Shown: positions 38,501 through 49,700 of the stretch, piece by piece
How the letters are laid out: each line of letters starts with the position of its first letter
How positions within the stretch are numbered: the first letter of the stretch is position 1
Program-made: the position numbers and the translations under genes
Notes under the pieces: generated by a model
The model's database searches: none
What the model saw: only the letters and a program-made list of their open reading frames with translations
Told to the model about the DNA's origin: nothing
IMG/VR virus record: IMGVR_UViG_3300021354_000008
Span: 1 to 63,663 of that record
Origin: a virus
Lineage: Duplodnaviria > Caudoviricetes
Length of the DNA stretch: 63,663 nt
Reading direction: 5' to 3' (one strand)

Positions 38501-41500
38501 CTCCTGCCACTCAGAAGTATAATAAAGATGTTCCTTTAGCAGATCATCATGTACGTGCTAATCAGTTTGGTGCTAACTTCTATGCATTACCTGGCAACGA
38601 AAACTTTCGTGGTGTTGTAGTTACTTCTGCTAATGAAGCACAAATTGGTTTGCCTGGTCTTACACAATGGTTAAAAGAGAAAGGTACTAATGCTGAAGAT
38701 ATTGATCCTACACAAACTATTGTAATGGTAGTTATGGGAACAGATCCTATAACTGGTGGTAGATTCTTTGTTGGTGTAGATGGTCAAAAGCTAGATACTC
38801 CTACATTAGAAAACACTATCTATCAAGTATTTCCTAAGACACTTAGTTGGAGCAATGGTGATTCTATGTTTAGAGATGCCAATGCTAGTGAAGATAGAGA
38901 GAAAACAATTGAGGCTTATACAGCTGATTACAATAAATGGAGAGATGCTACATTAAAATCTCCAACATCTAACCTATATCAAATCCAAGCATCATTTGGT
39001 AATCCTGAATATGTAGGAGAATTAAATGCTGCTGGTGACTTTGTAAGAGATTATAATGCTAGAACAAGTGTAGAACAAGCAGGATTAATATCTGAGAAGT
39101 CTCTTAGAACTAAAAGAGTTATTGGTGTTCCTACAAGTGATGATGCTCAGACATCTCCAAATGGTTCTTCTACAATAACTAATGCTAAAGGATTGCCTAT
39201 TCTTTATGCAAGTAATGGATTAGTTAGATTAGATAACAGACAGTTTACTGGTGAAGAAGCATCAACAATGTTTGATGTTATTCAGAAGTTAGCTGATAAC
39301 TTATTTAATGATGGAGACTTACAATCTGGGGAATCTCAAATGTTATACAACTGGTTAAAGTCAGTTGTGTATTGGGGAACTCCTACAGATCCACAAGGCA
39401 ATAGAAAGCCTGCTGGATACAGTAGTGTATTCTTTGAGAACATGAAGTTAAAGATTGGTAAGGAAGAGAAAGAATTCTCTATACAACCTTCTGACTTAGC
39501 TCAAAATAAAAATGAAATCATAGCAGAGCTTTCAAAGCTATATCATAATGTCAATTCTTCTTTAGTTAAAGGAACTCAAGAAAAACCATGGAATGCTCCT
39601 TATACAGAGATTGTATCTATTAAAGGAGGTAAAATAGAAACCAGAGATTGGCAAAACTATCAAAGCTATTTACTTTCTAATACAGATCCTCAAGGAAACT
39701 TTAGAGAAAGTTTTCCTTTGGCTACACAAATTAGACCTGTCAAAAATGCAGAAGATACAAATAGAAAAGGTATCTATTTCACATTGATAGATAAGAACGC
39801 TAACACTTCTGATGAGGTGAAGGAAGTTAAGCCTTCTAAGGTATCACCAGCTGCTCCTGTAGAAGCTGGACAGATAACTATTACAATGCCTAACTTAGGA
39901 GAAGCTTCTTATACAATAGATACTGCTAAGTATCAAGCAACTGCTGGTAAAGAAGGTGTTACTCTTAGTGTACCTGAAGCAACAGTTAAAACTATATTAG
40001 ATAGATTAATAGCTAGTAGCAAGAGTCCTATCACAGAAGAAAGTTCTAATGAAGAGAAAACAGCAGCAGTTAATGCTATTGTAAGTAGCTTTGTAGTTAA
40101 GGATATTGAGAAAGACTTAGCTGCTTTAGAAAGTGAAGCACCTGCAGCTATAGCTTCTAGCTTACAAGATAAGATTAATCAAAAAAGAAAACAAGGTAGT
40201 TCTAATAGAGACAGTGACTATAGATTACAGATCATTGATAACTTCAAGAAGTTTGAAACAGAAGACTGGAAACAAATAGAGAAATGGTTAGCTAAGAACT
40301 TCCCTAATCTTCCTATCTATAGAGTGAAGAATATGATTCAAGCCACTGGTGGTAGACAAGCTTGGGGTATGTTACAAGATGGTGGAATCTATTTATACAC
40401 AAATGCTGAGGTGGGCACAGTATATCATGAAGTGTTTGAAGCTGTATGGAAGATGTTTGCTACACCAGAAGAAAGAGCAGCTGTTACAGCTGAGTTCAGA
40501 AACAGAAAAGGTTCTTATACAGATAAGTTTACAGGTAGAGATATTAAATACTCTGAGGCTACAGACCAAGATATTAAAGAACAATTAGCTGAGGAGTTCA
40601 GAGAACACATGCTAGGTAAACAAGCTAAGGAAAGCAAGTCATTGATTTCCAGACTATTCTCTCAATTATATGATTTCATTAAAGCATTCTTTGTAGGAGA
40701 TAATGCTCAAGAGAACACAGATAGATTATTCAAGAACATTGGTACAGGATATTATGCTACATACTCTCCTGGTTTAGCAGGGTTATCTTATGCTAAGAAT
40801 GGTATCATTGATATAGAAGATGCTATTGGTGGTGCCAATGCTGAGTTTAGTTTGACAGCCTTTACAGGTAGTCAGATTAATGACTTGATGCAACACATGA
40901 CTTATACAACAGTTAAAGACTTGTTTGAAACAGGAGAAGGATTATTTAACATCACTGCTGCTAAGACTAAGAAGAGTGAACTTTATGAAAGTCTTTTAGA
41001 TAATCTAGGAGATATGGTTGCTGGAAATATTTTTCAGTTGGAAGAAACACCAGATGAACAAATTACTCCTGAAAGTAGAGCTGCACAAATTGAATCAAAT
41101 AATGTTTTATACAAAAACATATTAGACAATTGGAATTCTCTTCAAGCTAAACATGAAGAATATCTTAAGAGTTATTCTATTCAGTTTGATGAGAATGATG
41201 AAGCTTCCTTTAGTGATCTTGATAAAGGTAAGGACACTCCTTATGGAGATCCTACTAAGATAGATTCCATGAAGAAGGCAAACTCTGCTATTAAGCTTTT
41301 GCTAGCTACTCTTCCTGTACTTAATGAAAATGGCAAGAATAAATTATCTTCTATTGGTGGTTATACATTACTTCCAATGAGTGAGACATTTATGGGTGTA
41401 ATGAATAATGTACACAGCTCTCGTAACATCACAGAGATGATGAGTAGAATCAAAGCAATGTCTGTACAAGATCCTAAGTATACAAAGTTGTATAATCGTC

Positions 41501-44500
41501 TAACTAAGATGAAGAGTATAGATGAATTAAACACAGAGGCAGACTTACAGATGTTAGCTTCTATGTGGAGAACATTTAAGAAACAAGCTCCTGTAGTTAA
41601 GAATGTATACATTCTAGAAAATGGTGATGTACAGGTGGGAGATGCTAACTTCTCTACAGCTGCTAGACAAACACAAGCAGACTTTATTGAGGATATCAAA
41701 GGTTCTATTAATGATGGAAGTAAATACTTTGTTTACAATCCAGTTAAGAATGTATACTATGGCAGAGAAGGTTCTATTGAAATACCAACACTTGAAAACT
41801 TAAAAGCTCAGGTGAATTTCTTAAAAGAGTTAGGTATTGACTTTGACTATGATACGTTATCAAAAATGCCTGAGAAAGCATTATTCTCTAGAGCAGTAAA
41901 TGGTATTAGACAAAGTATTGCCCAAGCTAAACAAATTGTTACATTTAGTGGTAAGACACTATCTATTGATAAACGCTTACGTCAGTTAGCTGAGATCAAG
42001 ACAAAAATGGATAACCCTGAGTTTAGTAGTACGTTCTATAATGTTAATGGTGAGATGACTCAAACATTCATTGGTACAAATGCTGCTAGTGACTTGTATG
42101 ATGCTCTATCACAAATCAAAAATATTAATGAGTTAAAGGATACACAATACTCTTATTTACTTACTGACTCATTTACTAAGAACTCCACTATCCTTTGGGC
42201 TATGTTTGACAAAGTATCTGGAGATAGAATTGAAGGTAATCAAGATGAAGAGTTTGATAATAAAGATTTATTACATGTAGCATATGCTGGTGGTGTAGTA
42301 GATGAAAAGACAGGTAACCAAAAACAATCTTCTAAATTAAACTATAAGAACAGATTGTTACAGGAGATTAATATGAATACAGAAGGTTGGTACTTAAACC
42401 TTATCCCTGGAGATGCATCTATTGAATGGATGTTATTTATGGGTAATAGAATTAGTAAAGATGATGTTTCTGTAAATTACAATGCTGTTCATAATATATT
42501 CAAGGGCTACTTTATAGATGAGTTTAACTTAGCTAGAGAAAAACGTACTATTGTTAAAGGTGAAGATAGATCTAATACAGACTTACGCTTCTTTAAATCT
42601 ATACTAGGTAAGGAATTACATGACCAGTTTGTAGCTGAAGAGAAAGAAGTATTTACACCAGAAGAGATATACAATGATAACAAAGCAGTTATTGATCAAG
42701 CTGTTACAGACTTCATATTAAAAGAAAGAGCTATATTAAAACAATCTTTAATAGATTATGGATTATTAAGAAGCTTTGATAATGGATATACCACTAAAGG
42801 ATTAACATTTGGTAAAGAGTTAATGAAAGAAAATGAGTTGAACAGACATTTAGATATGTTGTCTGCTAACTATGCTATTAATAACATTGAACTTCATAAG
42901 GTGTTATACTCTGATCCATACCAATACTCTGATGAATTAAAACGTATTAAAAGCTTTAGCTCTCCAAGACAATCTATCATTGCTGATTCTGTAGAAATGA
43001 ATACAGCATTAGATAATGTATGGAATAGAAACTTTAAGAAGGGAGAACTTGGTCATACTGACTTTAACATAGATCATTTTAAAACAATCACTATTGAGGA
43101 TATCATAGCTACTATTGATCTTCCTAAGTATGGTACTTGGGAGGAGACAGATGGTGCTGGTATGATTACCTTCTCTGCTCATCGCAACTTTAAAATCAGA
43201 GCTGGTGAATGGGATGCTGAACAAGAGAAACAATATGAGTTTGATATTAAGTTTGAAAAGGCTGTAAAGAAAGGAGCTTCTGCTAAGAACTTAGCTAAGA
43301 TGATGTTAGATAATCCTAACATACAACGTACGTATACCCCTAGCAAACCTATTGTATCTGGTAATAAAGCCAATGGTAAATTATACAATGATATTGTATT
43401 AGATAAGTTTGCCCTTTTCCCATTGAGTTTCAGAGTGTTATATGAATTAAATCCTGAATCTAATGCCATCAAGTTATACAACAAGATGCAAGAAGAAGGT
43501 ATTGACTATGCTGTATATAAGAGTGGTAGAAAGGTGGGAGCTGAAAAGCTATCTCCTTTATATAATAAAGATAGTTCATTTAATGAAGCTGCATTTGAAG
43601 GAATAGTAAATGTACCATTTGCTATTATGAGTGTGCAATCTGAGGTGCCTTCTAAAGATGATAATGATGTAACAAGAGGTAGTCAAATGACAAAGCTTGT
43701 TACGTTAGATTATATGGCTGCAGGTATGCCTATTGATTTCATGAATGATGAGAAAGACTTTGGTGCTCGTTATGAAGCTTGGAGCAAACTAGATACAGAA
43801 GAAAAGAAAGAAGCTGCATCTGAGTTATATAAAGAAATCAAGAACAACCAAACTCTTCTTGGAAAGATGATAGAAAAAGGTTTCCAAAACTTATTAAAAA
43901 CTCTTGATATTAAAGAAGTTGCAGAAGGATATAAGATAGGAGACATTAAGAAGGTAGCAGATGCCTTAAAGAAAGAACTTACTAAGAGAGAAATAAATGA
44001 TAATATTCTTGAGGCCTTAGCAGGGTTGAAGAAAGGGGATGTAGTAATTGAAGCTACTCCTGCATATCAACAAATTAGAAATGTCCTTTATTCTATTGCT
44101 GACAGAGAGGTAATCAGTCCTAAGATCTCTGGTGGTATGAAAGTACAAATTCCTTCCACCCTATTAGAATCTGAAAGAATCAAAGCAGAGAATGGAGCTT
44201 ATACATCAGATGTATTAAAGTTCTATGAAGATGCAGATGGACAACGTGTTTGTGAAATCATGGTGGCTAGATGGTTTGATTCAGACTTATCTGATGAAGA
44301 ACTTATTGAGAAACTAAATGGTTCTGGTGTATTGGATGGTGTTGCGTTTCGTATCCCTACACAAAAGCAAAACTCTATTGATGTATTTAGAATAGCTAAA
44401 TTCCTTCCTAAAGACTTTAAGGATTCAGTGGTAATCCCATCAGCTTTAGTGAAGAAGGTTGGATCTGACTTTGATATAGATAAGTTATCTATCTACCTTA

Positions 44501-46770
44501 AGAATGTAGATGATAGTGAACGTGGTGTTCCTAGAATGCTTTCTACTAAAGGAGAAGGTATGAAGAACTTACAGAATGCTTACATTCAATCTTTAGAAAA
44601 ACTTATTAGTCACCCACTTAACTTTGAAAGACTTATTAGTCCTAACTCTGCTAAGCAGTTAGAGAAATTAAGTAAAGATATTACAGATAAATTAGGCTTT
44701 GAAGGATTTGACTATCAGTCTACAGGTAATATGTTAGACAGACGTTTTATGTCTAGATTAAGACAAGCATTTGTAACTGGTAAGTATGCAATTGGTATTG
44801 CTGCTGTAAACCAAACAAACCATTCATTAAATCAAAGAGCAGATATTGTTATAGACTTTGAAGGTAGAAAAGACTTATTGAATCCTACAGATCGTCACTA
44901 CTTAAAAGATGGTAAGATCAAGTTTGAAAAGTTCAATACACTAAATGGATTACCTTCATTATCAATGATTAAGAATGCTGATGGTGAATTCATCTCTGAC
45001 ATTCTTAGTCAGTTTATTGATGGATATGTGGATATCTCTAAGGGTCCATGGATTATGGAATTAGGTGCTACACCAAATGTAGCTTCTACATATATGTTCT
45101 TAGTTAAACTAGGAGTTCCTATTAACACTGTAGCATATTTCATGAACCAACCAATTGTTCGTGACTACTTACGTGAGTTAGAAAAGAAAGGAACTACATG
45201 GTTATTTAATGATAGTGTAGTTAAAAGAATGAATAAGAAGTATGAAGCTAAGAAATACTTCACTACTAAGATGCCTTCAGAAGAACAACTATTTGAAAAC
45301 ATTGGCAAAAAGACATTTACTCCTGTGGAGAGATCTGAGCAAAAGTTTATTCTTGGAGAGTTCTTAAAGTATGCTAAGATGGCTGAGCAGTTATTTACTG
45401 TCACTCAGGGTACCAACTTTGATACATCTTCTTTTAATGATCCATTCTTAATCACTAAGAAGATGGCACAGTTAGATAAAGCTAGAAACACTATAATCAG
45501 TTCTGTAGATAAAATATTAGAAAACTCATTCATTGGTACACTTGGTGATAATATCATCAAACTTAGAAATGCCATAGCTGAGATATTAAAAGCTGACCAA
45601 GGTAATGTAAGAGTATTATTAAATGAAGTGCTTGCTCCTTATACAGATATGAATGACAGAGACTTTGTAAGAACATCTCAAAGAGCTGTAGCTACATTAT
45701 TTGACTGGGCTGTACAAACTAATGATCATTTAAACGAGAAGATCAAGACTGACTTATTGTCTAAAGATAATACAGCTCAGGAGATGTGGGATTTCATTAA
45801 GCCTATTGTGGCTCCTGGAAGTACACATCCATTGAAAGATAATCAAGTGGTTAAGATATTAAAGCCTCACTTTGGTGCTCCAGGTGAAGTGAATAACTTA
45901 CAGATTAGAAATAAGAATAATAAGGTGTATGATCAAAACCAAATGATCTATGCATTCAATGAATTAAAGACCTATTTAAAAAGTCATGGCAGAGAAGAAT
46001 TGTACAACAAGTTAGTAACCCTATCTGTATTACAATCTGGTTTAACAGAGTCTAATATATCATTTACTAACTTACTTCCTTACGAGGACATTAAGAGAAT
46101 GTATAATGATACATTATTTGATATACAAGCAATGAGTACGTTACCAGCATTTGCAGACTTAAATGTGTTTGAAAGAACCTTCTGGAACTACAGTGATGTA
46201 GTTGCAAACATGGCTGCAGAAGCTAGAACTGACTATTACACTGGTGAGACATTCTATAATGAGAACATGAGCTTCAGACCAGACATATACAGTGCTATCA
46301 AAGCAGGAGATCTTCCTCCATTGTTAAGACTTAGCTCTTATGATAAAGAGTCTCAAGATGATATTATTGTATACACTTGGGATACACAAGATATTACCAA
46401 GAAGCAAAAGATTGAGATGAGAAAGAATGGTGACTTCTCATACAGACAAAAAGCTTTGTTTAAAAAGGTGGGTGAGTTTAATGCAGATGGAAAAATTAAC
46501 TATATTTACAAAGCTATTAATGCATGGGGAGATGGCAAGTGGGCTAATGAGTTCTATGCTATTCCACAGAAGTCAGTGATAGATAATGGCTTTATTAAAA
46601 TAGAAGATGAACTTAAAGTAACAGATGCACAGATCATGTCTCACTTTGGTGTTATATCTAAAGAAGAAGTAGCACCTATTGAGGAAGAGAATGACTTAGA
46701 AGATGTTCCACAAATTGAAGACACAGATTGGAAAGAAGAAGATAATAATGATACCTGCAATCCTTTTTAA
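35599..46770 (+). CDS. Virion-packaged RNA polymerase polyprotein (crAss/phi14:2 gp66-like)
   Basis: Catalytic loop GSDFDIDK (44461-44484), RIPTQ (44350-44364), ETDGAG, KSGRKVG; zincin-like segment HEVFE (40426-40440); N-terminal hydrophobic helices. Confidence 0.9.
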   Translation: MAGTDLYPIKENIQPNLPSLPVGSTLPMTPFVASEQRKDDFLPPPASGLPQVAPTLTTGELYENRKFGLYDPSKTEEQYAYGQSAWDKAGNGLAKLAGTTATTLANNTVGLLYGMGAALGNQKFSSLYDNDFFKKMDDISKEMENRFPHYYTTAEQKDPLALSSVFTGNFFWDKIVKNLGFSAGAAITGFAASAGLEALGLSRGLVAAGKGLQALEATETAAAEGKGIAGAIQALKNPKNTLSKFGGMLEEFGTIAPGAKFSKANQLLSAYLATTGEAGMESYQNKHQFIDNAKKVWRDEHGGQDPTGDDLQKIEDYAAQVGNWSFALNTALLTGTEYIQLPKIFGSTYSGEKRTLNNLIFKDWLWKSGLPEKGFGKFLYQAKNVGSLFFNTAEAFEEGAQFAIQEGTNKFFDKKYRNNEQTNFWNSLGGIVSPMQEGVIGYGLKQAVTTDQGLENILLGGLSGALMTSGFIGTKTNEKGNIRPAIFETGKIGERGLTGYGGEQGKFFEESVKALNSAKFSDLVDSINRGLTLSAEQETSLRKGDILQSKDLETDYMLNYLLPRVKYGGHDIFNTEINDARERAATDDGFRGLQEQGIANENDTREAFLKRLDNIHNMATQVNENYNKFKTSYAGVVKTNEKGEPILDADGKIQRKYDDKTIDKMVYTVSKIFDYNNRIPGLVGTLSTKGIQSDELLAETTLTGKPSVEKTKEALKAINELDVTDDIKDELKTNLQDALELTMRRNNFIREFNQIKQDPSSFEEGKEEGVTTAKIKQTEVVNGKNKVVSKDVEVGKDYTLADPLARTGNTLSVNPTISVLSKTLNGEYEVKLPDGSRTFLSPNQFEQYQISEATQDTNTIASILDKAIDKVLAKDKYSDLEKPEENKLDYVNSLNNSELLNDIQKEFAAASKAYIAQKAKETEIIRKNDLNKELIKTADELSIPTKEETGDYEVDSRKNDQQVVDSSTPATQKYNKDVPLADHHVRANQFGANFYALPGNENFRGVVVTSANEAQIGLPGLTQWLKEKGTNAEDIDPTQTIVMVVMGTDPITGGRFFVGVDGQKLDTPTLENTIYQVFPKTLSWSNGDSMFRDANASEDREKTIEAYTADYNKWRDATLKSPTSNLYQIQASFGNPEYVGELNAAGDFVRDYNARTSVEQAGLISEKSLRTKRVIGVPTSDDAQTSPNGSSTITNAKGLPILYASNGLVRLDNRQFTGEEASTMFDVIQKLADNLFNDGDLQSGESQMLYNWLKSVVYWGTPTDPQGNRKPAGYSSVFFENMKLKIGKEEKEFSIQPSDLAQNKNEIIAELSKLYHNVNSSLVKGTQEKPWNAPYTEIVSIKGGKIETRDWQNYQSYLLSNTDPQGNFRESFPLATQIRPVKNAEDTNRKGIYFTLIDKNANTSDEVKEVKPSKVSPAAPVEAGQITITMPNLGEASYTIDTAKYQATAGKEGVTLSVPEATVKTILDRLIASSKSPITEESSNEEKTAAVNAIVSSFVVKDIEKDLAALESEAPAAIASSLQDKINQKRKQGSSNRDSDYRLQIIDNFKKFETEDWKQIEKWLAKNFPNLPIYRVKNMIQATGGRQAWGMLQDGGIYLYTNAEVGTVYHEVFEAVWKMFATPEERAAVTAEFRNRKGSYTDKFTGRDIKYSEATDQDIKEQLAEEFREHMLGKQAKESKSLISRLFSQLYDFIKAFFVGDNAQENTDRLFKNIGTGYYATYSPGLAGLSYAKNGIIDIEDAIGGANAEFSLTAFTGSQINDLMQHMTYTTVKDLFETGEGLFNITAAKTKKSELYESLLDNLGDMVAGNIFQLEETPDEQITPESRAAQIESNNVLYKNILDNWNSLQAKHEEYLKSYSIQFDENDEASFSDLDKGKDTPYGDPTKIDSMKKANSAIKLLLATLPVLNENGKNKLSSIGGYTLLPMSETFMGVMNNVHSSRNITEMMSRIKAMSVQDPKYTKLYNRLTKMKSIDELNTEADLQMLASMWRTFKKQAPVVKNVYILENGDVQVGDANFSTAARQTQADFIEDIKGSINDGSKYFVYNPVKNVYYGREGSIEIPTLENLKAQVNFLKELGIDFDYDTLSKMPEKALFSRAVNGIRQSIAQAKQIVTFSGKTLSIDKRLRQLAEIKTKMDNPEFSSTFYNVNGEMTQTFIGTNAASDLYDALSQIKNINELKDTQYSYLLTDSFTKNSTILWAMFDKVSGDRIEGNQDEEFDNKDLLHVAYAGGVVDEKTGNQKQSSKLNYKNRLLQEINMNTEGWYLNLIPGDASIEWMLFMGNRISKDDVSVNYNAVHNIFKGYFIDEFNLAREKRTIVKGEDRSNTDLRFFKSILGKELHDQFVAEEKEVFTPEEIYNDNKAVIDQAVTDFILKERAILKQSLIDYGLLRSFDNGYTTKGLTFGKELMKENELNRHLDMLSANYAINNIELHKVLYSDPYQYSDELKRIKSFSSPRQSIIADSVEMNTALDNVWNRNFKKGELGHTDFNIDHFKTITIEDIIATIDLPKYGTWEETDGAGMITFSAHRNFKIRAGEWDAEQEKQYEFDIKFEKAVKKGASAKNLAKMMLDNPNIQRTYTPSKPIVSGNKANGKLYNDIVLDKFALFPLSFRVLYELNPESNAIKLYNKMQEEGIDYAVYKSGRKVGAEKLSPLYNKDSSFNEAAFEGIVNVPFAIMSVQSEVPSKDDNDVTRGSQMTKLVTLDYMAAGMPIDFMNDEKDFGARYEAWSKLDTEEKKEAASELYKEIKNNQTLLGKMIEKGFQNLLKTLDIKEVAEGYKIGDIKKVADALKKELTKREINDNILEALAGLKKGDVVIEATPAYQQIRNVLYSIADREVISPKISGGMKVQIPSTLLESERIKAENGAYTSDVLKFYEDADGQRVCEIMVARWFDSDLSDEELIEKLNGSGVLDGVAFRIPTQKQNSIDVFRIAKFLPKDFKDSVVIPSALVKKVGSDFDIDKLSIYLKNVDDSERGVPRMLSTKGEGMKNLQNAYIQSLEKLISHPLNFERLISPNSAKQLEKLSKDITDKLGFEGFDYQSTGNMLDRRFMSRLRQAFVTGKYAIGIAAVNQTNHSLNQRADIVIDFEGRKDLLNPTDRHYLKDGKIKFEKFNTLNGLPSLSMIKNADGEFISDILSQFIDGYVDISKGPWIMELGATPNVASTYMFLVKLGVPINTVAYFMNQPIVRDYLRELEKKGTTWLFNDSVVKRMNKKYEAKKYFTTKMPSEEQLFENIGKKTFTPVERSEQKFILGEFLKYAKMAEQLFTVTQGTNFDTSSFNDPFLITKKMAQLDKARNTIISSVDKILENSFIGTLGDNIIKLRNAIAEILKADQGNVRVLLNEVLAPYTDMNDRDFVRTSQRAVATLFDWAVQTNDHLNEKIKTDLLSKDNTAQEMWDFIKPIVAPGSTHPLKDNQVVKILKPHFGAPGEVNNLQIRNKNNKVYDQNQMIYAFNELKTYLKSHGREELYNKLVTLSVLQSGLTESNISFTNLLPYEDIKRMYNDTLFDIQAMSTLPAFADLNVFERTFWNYSDVVANMAAEARTDYYTGETFYNENMSFRPDIYSAIKAGDLPPLLRLSSYDKESQDDIIVYTWDTQDITKKQKIEMRKNGDFSYRQKALFKKVGEFNADGKINYIYKAINAWGDGKWANEFYAIPQKSVIDNGFIKIEDELKVTDAQIMSHFGVISKEEVAPIEEENDLEDVPQIEDTDWKEEDNNDTCNPF

Positions 46771-46772
46771 AT

Positions 46773-49700
46773 ATGAGTAATTGTAACGATAAGAAAAAGT
46801 TTAGAACAGCAGAAGCTTCTACAAAATCCCAGTTAAGAACTAATGGATTGATAGATAACTTCTTAAACATTCTAAAACAAAATGAGTTTAGAAAAAAGAA
46901 CAAAGAACTTACTGACTATGCCAAAAGTAAATATGGTGTAGATCAAGGTATGTTGTTTTCTGAAAGAACTGTTTATAGTGCAGGGAATGAATATTATCAA
47001 GCTGTAGCTAATAAGCCAGCGTTTAAAGCTATTGATGAAGCTAAAGGAGTTAACTATCAATTAGAATCAGTTCCTGCATCCAAAGCATCTGATGCTACTA
47101 TTAATTTAATGAAAGAAGCTGGTAAGCAAATGGGTATTGACTTTCAAGACCTAGCTGACTATGCTGAGAAATATGATGTAGATACTAATGGTGTAAATGG
47201 TGTGGCTGACTTAACTAGAGGAGTAATAGCTATTGCTCTTGGTAAAGAGAATGCAGCTCTGACAGAAGAAACTGTTCATATTGCCACAGCAATTATAGAA
47301 CAGGTTAATCCTGCTTTGATGACAAAGTTGATTTCTGAGATAGGTAAATACAAAATGTATAAACAAGTCTTTGATCAATATAGTGTAGATCCTAGATACC
47401 AAACCTCTGATGGCAAACCTAATATTCGTAAGATAAAGAAAGAAGCTGTAGATAAGTTAATTACAGAACACATTGTAAATCAAACAGAAGGAAACACAGA
47501 GTTTCCAGAACTAAGAGAACAGAATGAAAGAAACTTAGCTCAAAGACTTTGGGATGCTATATTAGATTTTGTCAAAGGTCTATACAATAAAAGTAAGGTG
47601 GATATCTTTGCTGATACAGCTGCACAAATTGCAGCAGGTGAGACTGGTGGCACTGTAGCTGATATTACAGAAGGTGGTATTTATTTACAGAAGACTAATG
47701 AAGCTGTAGATAAAATATATGATAAGATTACTGATATAGATAATCGTATGATATTAGTACCAGAAACTGCTACAGATAAAAGACACTATAAACTTGATGG
47801 TGAAAAAGTTGCAGTGAGTGTAACTGAAAAGATAAAGAGTAAAAATAAGAATGAACGTACAGACTTTCAGAAGTCTCAGGATGTTCAAATGCAACAATGG
47901 GGATTAGCTGGCCATGGCTTTGCTGAGAATGTTTTAATTAATGATTTGATTGACAAAGATGGTTATGCTAGAAAAGACTTTGGCAACACAAAAATTAGCT
48001 CTCCATTAAATTCCACTATACAAAATTCTGTAAGAAGCTATCTAGAAGAACTAGTTAGATCTTATCCAGAAGGAACAAGATTTCTTGTAGAAAGAAAAGT
48101 GGTTAATGATAAGGTAAAAGGAATGATAGGTTCCACAGTGGATTTGATTGCCATAGCACCAGATGAAAAAACAGGTGTGAAGGTAGACATATATGACTGG
48201 AAGTTTACCAACTTTGATAAGTCTCTTAATGAAGATATTCCATTCTACAAACAAGATGAATGGAAGTTACAAATGGGTGAGTATTCTAAGATATTATTCA
48301 ACTATGGATTGAATCCTAATCAGTTGAGACGTGCTAGAATGATTCCTTTTGTAGCTACATATAGGAATGCTATACCAGGAGATAATAAAAGTAAACTCAT
48401 CTTATCAGGACTTGAGGTGGGTAAGTTTGATAACTTAAAAGAAACAAAGCTTTATCTATTACCAGTAGCTATTGATACAGAATCTACAGGAGATAAGAAG
48501 ACAGATGAGTTAGTTAAATCTTTGAGAGCACAATGGCAAAAGCTTTACAAAAGACCTACTAGTCCTGAAGAAAGATTTGCTAAGAACATCAGATTAAATG
48601 AGCTTTCTAAAGCCATTCGTTTCTTACACATGAAACTGGACTTTGCTCCATTATATAATATTGGTAAAAGTTTCTTAGAGAGTGCCAAGCAGACAATGTC
48701 TGACTTTGAAAACATTGACTATTCTAAGCTAAGTCAAAAAGAGATTGCTGATAAACTAGGAGACCTTCTTGACTTTAAAAACAGTGCTGAGAAGTTTACA
48801 AAAGCAGATGAAATTTATTTAGCATCCTTAGATAAAGAAAATCTAAATGAAGAAGAGAAGACTGTATTAAAAGGATTAGAAAGTATATCTAACTCTACAG
48901 AAAGAATGTTATTGAAAATCAATGAGTTACAAAAAGACTTTGTTATTCAATATGCATTAAAAGAAGGAGCTACAACAGAAGCAGCAAAAGAAAGATTCTT
49001 AGATGCTGAAAAAGAAATAGACTTCCTATCTAAAACATTCTTAGAAGGATCTAAATTATCTCCTAGAATTATTAAGCTTGCTTCTAATACAATTATAAAT
49101 GCTAGAAGTTTAGTAGATATCCAAGTGTCTAAGCAAGTTAAAAAGTTTGAACCTTTATTATTAGCTTTAGAAAAAGAAGCTGCTGCTAAAGGAGTGACAG
49201 GCTTTGATCTTATTGGTAAAGTGGATGGAGATACATTAAAACTAATCAAGAAGATTGATAAAGACTTTTGGAATGATTTGTCTAAAGCTAAAACTAATAA
49301 GAATAAAAGATTCATATTAGACAATATAGATATTGCAAAGTACAACAAGTTAGCAAAAGAAGCTATTGATAATGGTATTGCAGAATTAGAAAAGGTACAG
49401 TTTGCTGCCAATCCTGTTAAAGATAAAGAGATTAGAGAGTTCAGAATCAAGAAGTTAAAAGATTCATTAGATATTAATAGAGATACATTTAATGGGTATC
49501 AAGGATATCAATTTGCTTATCTATTCAATCAAGCAATGAATGAAGAAGACCATTTATCTAAGGAGTATAAAGAAATGGCTAAGAGTAAGGCTGCTTTAGA
49601 TATGTGGAATTTCTTTACAGAATTAAATGAAAAAGGTAAAGAGCTGGGCTATCTAGAACAGAAGGGTCTTTCTTTCTTCCCATTAGTTGAAGCTACAATG

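Noticed and set aside
3486-46770. Inteins or group I introns in TerL, MCP or RNAP
   Set aside because: No C...HN-[C/S/T] splice motifs, LAGLIDADG motifs or reading-frame interruptions noticed
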